From NCBI GenBank assembly GCA_964655365.1, contig CAZZMQ010000008.1, positions 1 through 41,527 of the forward strand: a stretch of DNA of 41,527 nt, read 5' to 3'. The notes under the pieces were generated by a model. The model ran no database searches. It saw only the letters and a list, made by a program, of their open reading frames with translations, and had not been told where the DNA came from. This stretch comes from an uncultured Dehalococcoidia bacterium (GTDB lineage Bacteria > Chloroflexota > Dehalococcoidia > Bin125). Of this stretch, positions 35,536 through 41,527 are shown one piece after another (position 1 is the first letter of the stretch; every line of letters begins with the position of its first letter). The position numbers were made by a program, and so were the translations under genes.

Positions 35536-36297
35536 CTACTGTGTTCGGCGAGCCAGTGCCCATACCGCGGTCGACGTGGTCACCAGCGTGAATCCACCCA
35601 CTGCCGCGAGCATGTAGCCGATCTGATCCCAATCCCATCCGCTCAACATCAGCTCGCGCAGCCCCCGCAGAATGTACGTCACCGGATTCAACTCCGCGAT
35701 CGTCCGCAGCCAGTCGCTGTAGATCGAGAGTGGTGCGAAAGCGGGCGCTAGGAACAGCAACGGAAAGAACAGGAGGAACCCTGCCTGCGCGGCCTGCGCG
35801 CTGCCCGTGCGCAGCGCGATCGAGATCCCGATTCCGGAAAAACCTCCGCCGAACAAGGCCCCCACCAACACGATCATTGCCCCACCCGAGACACCAGTGG
35901 CCAGCCCCGAACCCACTACCAGACCGATCGCGACTACGAGCAACGTGAACAGGGCCCCGCGCATGAAGTCCGCCAGGATACGGCCTGTAATGATCGACCA
36001 GCGCGACGTCGGCGTCAGCAGCAGCTTGTCGAAGTATCCTCGCTCTATATCCGTCACCATCGCGATACCTGAGACCGACGCTGCCCCTGCCACCGCCTGC
36101 AAGATCGCGACTGGCACCTGGAAGGCGACGAAGTTTTCCACCCCGAAAGCCGAACGCGCCACTGTGCTTACGCTGCCTAGAATCACCGCGAAGAAGAACA
36201 ATGGGATGAAGATGTTTCCCACCTCCACGCCGGGTTGGCGTAGCGACTCCCGCATCGCCCGCATCGCCAGGTAAAACGAGTGAGTCCTGACTGTCAT
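35536..36297 (-). CDS. ABC-2 type transporter permease
   Basis: 253 aa with six hydrophobic segments. The start overlaps the ATPase stop (ATGA). Confidence 0.85.
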   Translation of the reverse strand: MTVRTHSFYLAMRAMRESLRQPGVEVGNIFIPLFFFAVILGSVSTVARSAFGVENFVAFQVPVAILQAVAGAASVSGIAMVTDIERGYFDKLLLTPTSRWSIITGRILADFMRGALFTLLVVAIGLVVGSGLATGVSGGAMIVLVGALFGGGFSGIGISIALRTGSAQAAQAGFLLFFPLLFLAPAFAPLSIYSDWLRTIAELNPVTYILRGLRELMLSGWDWDQIGYMLAAVGGFTLVTTSTAVWALARRTQ

Positions 36298-37433
36298 CCG
36301 GTCGCCCCATCCGCTGTGGTGCCCTCCATGTGGTGGCCCGTCGCGCGCAGAAAGACATCGTCCAACGTCGGTTGGGAGAGACGCACGTCGCCGAAGGTCA
36401 AGTCTGCCTCGTCCAGCGCCCGCACAATGACGGAGACCGCTGCGCTACTGCTCGGCACATAGATCGAGATCTGGCGCCCATCTCTCCGCACCTCGTTGAC
36501 GCTGGCTAGTCCCTCCAGTCGCTGCGCTTTCTCTGCTTCCATCTCTGAGCCCAGCTCTACCACGATCACCTCCGATCCGATCGACGCCTTTAGCTCCTGT
36601 GGTGAACCCTGCGCCACGATTTTGCCCGCATCCAGAATCGCGACTTCATGCGCTAAGCGGTCCGCTTCCTCCAGGTACTGCGTTGTCAAAAAAAACGTCA
36701 CTCCGTCTTTCGTGTTCAATCGCTCTAGGTAGCGCCAGAGGCTCTCCCGGCTGATCGGATCCAACCCCGTGGTCGGCTCATCCAAGAAGATGATCTTGGG
36801 CGCATGTATTAGTGCTGAGGCCAGATCCAGGCGACGGCGCATCCCGCCCGAATACGTCCCAATTCGCCGGTCCGCTGCGTCTGCCAGGTCGACTACCCGC
36901 AGCAGTTCGTCGCTCCGCCGCTCGATCGTTTTCCTCTCCAGCCCGTACAAGTGTGACTGGAGCCGCAACAGCTCTCGCCCCGTCTGCAAGTCGTCCAGCC
37001 CGGCTTCCTGTAGCGCTACCCCGATCCGCCGCCGCACCGTCCTTGCCTGCTTCTCCACGTTCAATCCGCCTACGCTCGCGCTCCCTGCCGTCGGCTTGAG
37101 CAGTGTCGTAAGCATCCGGACCGTGGTTGACTTGCCAGAGCCGTTTGCGCCTAAGAAGCCGAAGATCTGTCCGCGCGGAATACGGAGGTCGATCCCGTTG
37201 ACCGCAAGAACTTCGCCGAAGTGTTTTGTGAGGCCACTGGCTTTGATTGCACAGCCTTGCTCGACGCTCCGTTGAGCCCTGCCGCCCTTTTGGGCGGATG
37301 TGCGGCTGGCTTGGAGGATTGCATTGATGGGGCCGCGTGCCCGACTGCGCTGGTCTTGGCCCCTCTCCGGACCGTTCCGTATAGCGCCGGATCCCTTCAC
37401 ACCCTTACTAAACTTATTTCGAAGGTCGATCAC
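36294..37433 (-). CDS. ABC transporter ATP-binding protein (DrrA-like, ABC-2 subfamily) with a basic N-terminal extension of about 60 aa
   Basis: Walker A GANGSGKST, signature YSGGMRRRL, Walker B IIFLDEPTTGLD. GTG start at 37433. The only other in-frame start codon upstream of the ATPase core is a GTG at codon 12. Confidence 0.9.
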   Translation of the reverse strand: MIDLRNKFSKGVKGSGAIRNGPERGQDQRSRARGPINAILQASRTSAQKGGRAQRSVEQGCAIKASGLTKHFGEVLAVNGIDLRIPRGQIFGFLGANGSGKSTTVRMLTTLLKPTAGSASVGGLNVEKQARTVRRRIGVALQEAGLDDLQTGRELLRLQSHLYGLERKTIERRSDELLRVVDLADAADRRIGTYSGGMRRRLDLASALIHAPKIIFLDEPTTGLDPISRESLWRYLERLNTKDGVTFFLTTQYLEEADRLAHEVAILDAGKIVAQGSPQELKASIGSEVIVVELGSEMEAEKAQRLEGLASVNEVRRDGRQISIYVPSSSAAVSVIVRALDEADLTFGDVRLSQPTLDDVFLRATGHHMEGTTADGATG

Positions 37434-37752
37434 AGCGGATTCCTCTCGTAATCACCATAACCACTCGTCAGCTCCGATTTTCGCCCAAATGTATCCATCG
37501 ATCTCTCCGAAGAACCGATAGAAATCATGAATGGAAACCATCTGGTGATATTGACGTATCTGTAGTCTCTTCCCTAACTTCCGTTCACCAGCCGAGATAT
37601 CGGCTTGCCAACATGCCGGGTTCCGCATCTGACTCGACCAGTTTTGCTAGGAGAAGTGGGATAACCCGAGGACGCTTCGATGCATTGTCAACGAAGGGTT
37701 CGCCTCGATCCGGCGGCCAGCGAGATACAGACAAGAGCTTGCGAGGAATGAC

Positions 37753-39087
37753 ATGAGCAGTAACGGAAGTTCGCCCGCAGATCCCACGTCGGCTGAACAG
37801 GTCGCAGCGCTGGAGCGGGATTGGGCCGAGAATCCTCGCTGGAAGGGAATCGAGCGTACCTACACGGCTGAGGATGTCGTCAAATTGCGTCCTTCAATCC
37901 TGCCTGACGTCACCCTTGCCAAGCATGGTGCCGATCGTCTCTGGAGTCAGCTCGCTGAGATGGACTACGTTCACACCTTCGGCGCCGTCACGGGCGCACA
38001 GGCTGTCCAGATGGCCAAAGCTGGTCTCAATGCTCTCTACGTCAGTGGCTGGCAGGTCGCGGCGGACGCTAACCAGGCGGCACAGACCTTTCCCGACCAG
38101 AGTCTCTACCCGTCCACCAGCGCGCCCGCTCTTGTCAAGCGCCTCAACAACGCTCTGATGCGGGCCGACCAGGTCGATAAGCTCGAGGGCAAGACTGGCC
38201 TCGACTACTATCTTCCCATCCTGGCTGATGCTGAGGCCGGTTTTGGTGGTCCGATCCACGCTTTCGAACTGATGAAGAACATGCTCGAAGCCGGTGCCGC
38301 CGGCGTGCACTACGAGGACCAGCTCGCTGCCGAGAAGAAGTGCGGCCACATGGGGGGAAAAGTGCTTGTCCCCACCTCGCAGATGATCCGGACCTTGCAG
38401 GCGGCCCGCCTAGCGGCAGATATGCTGGACGTGCCTTCGCTGCTTTTTGCCCGCACCGACGCGCGCGACGCGGCGCTGCTGACTAACGACATCGACGAGC
38501 GGGACCGGGAATTCGTCACTGGTGAACGCACTCCCGAGGGCTACTTCGTGGTCCGTGATGGCTTGGACTCCGCCATAGCCCGCGCCCTCGCGTACGCGCC
38601 ATACTCCGACCTGATTTGGTGCGAGACCTCTACCCCGGACCTGGACGAGGCGCAGCGTTTTGCCGACGCCGTCCACGCTCGGTTCCCCGACCAGATGCTC
38701 TCGTACAACTGCTCGCCCTCCTTCAACTGGAAGCTGAACCTGGATGACGCCACCATCGCTACCTTCCAGAAGGACCTAGCGCAGATGGGCTACCGCTTCC
38801 AGTTCATTACCCTCGCGGGCTGGCACACCATCAACTACCACACCTTCAACCTTGCAAGCGGCTACGCTGAGAGCGGCATGAAGGCCTACGTGGAATTGCA
38901 GGAAGACGAGTTTGGCTCCGAGCCGCGCGGCTACACCGCCACCAAGCACCAGCGCGAAGCCGGCACCTCGTACTTCGACGAGATCCTACTCGCCGTCACC
39001 GGCGGCGAGTCGGCCACGCTGGCCCTCAGCGGTTCTACCGAAGAGGCTCAGTTCAAGGAAGAAACTGTCGGCACTCCCGCCTCCTAA
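37753..39087 (+). CDS. aceA: Isocitrate lyase
   Basis: 444 aa. Catalytic KKCGHMGGK motif, plus GWQVAADAN and [11 protein letters not shown] blocks. GAGGA SD. Confidence 0.95.
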   Translation: MSSNGSSPADPTSAEQVAALERDWAENPRWKGIERTYTAEDVVKLRPSILPDVTLAKHGADRLWSQLAEMDYVHTFGAVTGAQAVQMAKAGLNALYVSGWQVAADANQAAQTFPDQSLYPSTSAPALVKRLNNALMRADQVDKLEGKTGLDYYLPILADAEAGFGGPIHAFELMKNMLEAGAAGVHYEDQLAAEKKCGHMGGKVLVPTSQMIRTLQAARLAADMLDVPSLLFARTDARDAALLTNDIDERDREFVTGERTPEGYFVVRDGLDSAIARALAYAPYSDLIWCETSTPDLDEAQRFADAVHARFPDQMLSYNCSPSFNWKLNLDDATIATFQKDLAQMGYRFQFITLAGWHTINYHTFNLASGYAESGMKAYVELQEDEFGSEPRGYTATKHQREAGTSYFDEILLAVTGGESATLALSGSTEEAQFKEETVGTPAS

Positions 39088-39285
39088 GCGCGGCGAACCC
39101 CAGGAAACAACTCGAGCCACGGACACTATGCGCGGCTCTTTTCCCTTTCCTGCCGCCGGACCCGTGCACTCTCCCAAGGTGGGGCGGTTCCTGGCAACGA
39201 CGCATAGATAGCCGCTTCGCTTCTATCCTGACGCTCGAAGCCGTGCTCCGCACGACGTCGACGCTCCAGGAGGTCACAAGCAACT

Positions 39286-40344
39286 ATGCTCAACGTCTGC
39301 ATCATTCCTGGCGACGATGCCACTCCCGAGGCAGTCCTGCCTAGTGTCGATGTACTCAAGACGCTCGAACTCGATATCGATTTTCAGATCATGCCCTCTG
39401 GTGCCGAAGGCGCCGAGCGCTATGGCCGCAAGGATTTTGCGCATCGCGTGCACGACGCCATGGACGCGGCCGATACCACGCTCTACGGATCCACCAACGG
39501 CACCAGCCCTGGCTTGGGCTACCTTCGGTGGGGCAAAGGCACCTACGCTAACGTGCGCCCCGTGCGCTATTTGACCGGTGCTCGCAGCCCCCTCGCCGAT
39601 CCCGACGGGATCGACTTCGTCATTGTGCGCGAGAATATGGAGGATATGTACGTCGGCGTCGAAGGCGACGTGGATGCCCTCGCCCCACTTAACCTTGTCA
39701 ACCGCCTCACCCGCCAGCCGATCGACACGACCAACGGTCGCTACGCCATCAAAATCATCACGGAGGCCAACTCGCGCCGAATCTTGGAATTCGCTTTCGA
39801 TCTCGCTCGCAAGCGAAAAGCCCAGGGCCATCCCGGCAAGCTCACCGCCTCCTACAAATACAATATGTTGCCCTATACCGACGGTTTCTTCCGCGAGATT
39901 GCTCACGACGTCTCCCGTCAGAATCCAGACATCGAGTTCGAGGATTACATCGTCGATGACTTAGCCCGTCGCATCGTGGCGGAAGCCCATACACTCGACG
40001 TCGTTGTTCTACCCAACCTCTACGGGGACATTCTCTCCGACGAAGCCGCGGGCCTGATCGGCGGCCTCGGTCTAGCCCCCTCCGCTTGCTACTCGGACGA
40101 GTTCGCCTACTTCGAGCCGGTCCATGGTACCGCGCCTGACATCGCCGGCACCCACACCATCAATCCCACCGCCACGTTGCTCAGCGCCGTGCTCATGCTG
40201 GACTGGTTGCAGTTCCCAGACGCTGCCCGGCGCCTAGAGTTCGCTGTTGAATCCGTCTATCGCGAGGGCGCCAGCCTCACTCCAGACCAGGGCGGGAACT
40301 CGACCAGCGATCAGTTCTGTGCCGCCGTCGCACAATGGCTTTAG
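39286..40344 (+). CDS. Isocitrate/isopropylmalate dehydrogenase family protein (beta-decarboxylating dehydrogenase, substrate not assignable)
   Basis: 352 aa. Family motifs VIVRENMEDMYVG and LPNLYGDILSDEAAGLIGGLGLAPSA, plus FEPVHGTAPDIAG. Confidence 0.85.
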   Translation: MLNVCIIPGDDATPEAVLPSVDVLKTLELDIDFQIMPSGAEGAERYGRKDFAHRVHDAMDAADTTLYGSTNGTSPGLGYLRWGKGTYANVRPVRYLTGARSPLADPDGIDFVIVRENMEDMYVGVEGDVDALAPLNLVNRLTRQPIDTTNGRYAIKIITEANSRRILEFAFDLARKRKAQGHPGKLTASYKYNMLPYTDGFFREIAHDVSRQNPDIEFEDYIVDDLARRIVAEAHTLDVVVLPNLYGDILSDEAAGLIGGLGLAPSACYSDEFAYFEPVHGTAPDIAGTHTINPTATLLSAVLMLDWLQFPDAARRLEFAVESVYREGASLTPDQGGNSTSDQFCAAVAQWL

Positions 40345-40466
40345 ACCTCTGCGGACATATTGATTCTGCAACGAAAATCCTACACGCAACCGCGTCAACG
40401 TCTGCCAACGTCTCTTAGTCGCTGAGTGCTAACTTTCCGAAACAATTTGCGAGAGAACGGTTGATC

Positions 40467-41384
40467 ATGACGTACTCAATTTGTGCAGTGGACCCGGAAA
40501 ACGGTGATCTCGGGGTTGCTGTCCAGACCCATCAACCCGCCGTCGGTAGCGTCGTACCCTGGGTTACCCCCAGTGTCGGTGCGGTCGCCACCCAGGCCAC
40601 CGCCAACGTTGATTTCGGGCCGCGCGTCCTCGCCATGCTCGAACTTGGCCTCAACGCTGAGCTGGCTCTGCAAGCCGTTCTCAGTGCTGACCCTCTGCGC
40701 GAGATCCGCCAACTCGCCGTTGTCGACATCCTCGGCAACGCCGCCGCCTTTACGGGTAACGCCACGATGGCTTACGCCGGACATCAGATCGGTGAGGGCT
40801 ACAGCGTCCAGTCCATCATGCTGCGGAACGACACTGTCCCCGCCGCCATGGCCACCGACTTTGAGTCCTCCAAGGGTCCGCTCGCTATGCGCCTGTTCAG
40901 CGCCCTACGCGCAGCACAAGGCGAGGGCGGCGACATCCGGGGCATGCAATCCGCTGCCCTCATCGTGCGCCCCTCCACTCGTCAACGCGTCGATCCCACC
41001 TGGGATCTGCGCGTCGATAACGATCCGGAGCCTCTCAACAAGCTCGAATATCTCATCAACCTGAGGCGCGCCAGCGAGCTCCAGCGCGAGCTGAACCAGA
41101 TCGGCAAGACCGTCGAAGAACGATCCAGTGTAGGAGCAGAATGTGCCGTTCCGCGTGAGACCGTCATTGGCCTCATCGAGCAGATTCAGACCCTCGACAA
41201 CACCGACGAAACCCTCTTTTGGCTCGCCGTTACCCTTTCCAACATCAGAGCTGAACTCGACCTCGCCGTGGAATTGCTCACCCCCCTGTTCGAACGTGCG
41301 CCGCAGTGGCGTATCCTGCTCCACCGTCTGCGGCCACCCCACCGTAGTGATGCCCTTGCTGAGCGCTTCCCCAGGTCCGACTGA
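40467..41384 (+). CDS. DUF1028 family protein (Ntn-hydrolase-like fold) with a C-terminal helical extension
   Basis: MTYSICAVDPENGDLGVAVQTHQPAVGSVVPWVTPSVGAVATQA is the typical DUF1028 N-terminus, with Thr directly after the initiator Met. For that reason I prefer ATG 40467 to the TTG at 40461. Confidence 0.8.
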   Translation: MTYSICAVDPENGDLGVAVQTHQPAVGSVVPWVTPSVGAVATQATANVDFGPRVLAMLELGLNAELALQAVLSADPLREIRQLAVVDILGNAAAFTGNATMAYAGHQIGEGYSVQSIMLRNDTVPAAMATDFESSKGPLAMRLFSALRAAQGEGGDIRGMQSAALIVRPSTRQRVDPTWDLRVDNDPEPLNKLEYLINLRRASELQRELNQIGKTVEERSSVGAECAVPRETVIGLIEQIQTLDNTDETLFWLAVTLSNIRAELDLAVELLTPLFERAPQWRILLHRLRPPHRSDALAERFPRSD

Positions 41385-41417
41385 TGGCACCCTGACTGTG
41401 GACGCCGCGGCAGATCC

Positions 41418-41527
41418 TTAGCGCTCGCGATTCAGAAACCGCTCCATGAACTCGCGTGGTTCGCCCGTCCCGTACGAGGCCCGAAACGTCTGGAACCCCG
41501 AATCGATCGCCGCCTCCAGCGGCAGTT
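41418..41527 (-). CDS. C-terminal 36 codons of an unidentified protein (possibly crotonase-fold). The gene continues beyond the window.
   Basis: Minus-strand frame open to the window edge: ...LPLEAAIDSGFQTFRASYGTGEPREFMERFLNRER-stop (TAA at 41420..41418). It is too short to assign. Confidence 0.4.
   Translation of the reverse strand, partial: LPLEAAIDSGFQTFRASYGTGEPREFMERFLNRER

Noticed and set aside
36688-36695. A8 homopolymer (T8 on the coding strand) inside the ABC ATPase gene, considered as a slippery or frameshift site
   Set aside because: The reading frame runs through it intact (VTFFLTTQY). Conserved motifs on both sides are in the same frame.

Overview
High-GC, gene-dense chromosomal segment with about 36 intact CDS and 2 clearly decayed genes. 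I found no rRNA, tRNA, CRISPR array, transposase, integrase or phage gene, and no recognisable transcription factor. The content is housekeeping and catabolic.

Left to right:
- selD (partial), two acyl-CoA dehydrogenases plus a crotonase, and an HU-type nucleoid protein.
- A DUF885 protein.
- A CoA-ester module: two translationally coupled family III CoA-transferases, an LLM oxidoreductase, and a thiolase-fold protein with a DUF35 partner.
- PEP carboxylase and an S9 peptidase.
- An xth-cobT-cobS-cobC-cobU operon (cobamide nucleotide-loop assembly).
- An LLM/CMD/cyclase/DinB/cupin set.
- AKR-hemQ, MFS plus GMC oxidoreductase, and a YbaK-like editing domain.
- A lipoprotein, a siroheme sulfite/nitrite reductase and an ABC-2 exporter.
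- Isocitrate lyase, an IDH/IPMDH-family dehydrogenase and a DUF1028 protein.

The best catch is at the left edge. A selenophosphate synthetase gene (selD) is invisible in the ORF track because it carries an in-frame TGA exactly at the catalytic Cys/Sec position, so this organism decodes selenocysteine.

I did not find a convincing novel multi-gene system such as defence, secretion or RiPP. The follow-up candidates are:
- the Sec recoding;
- a thiolase-fold/DUF35 pair with no nucleophile Cys, next to a possibly Asp-less CoA-transferase paralogue;
- a few perfect inverted repeats in 5' regions;
- a 494-bp unassigned spacer;
- two fresh pseudogenes.

The many long ORFs antisense to real genes are high-GC shadow ORFs. 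HemQ, F420/LLM-type enzymes, DinB and abundant CaiB-type transferases suggest an Actinobacteria- or Chloroflexota-like host. That is inference only.
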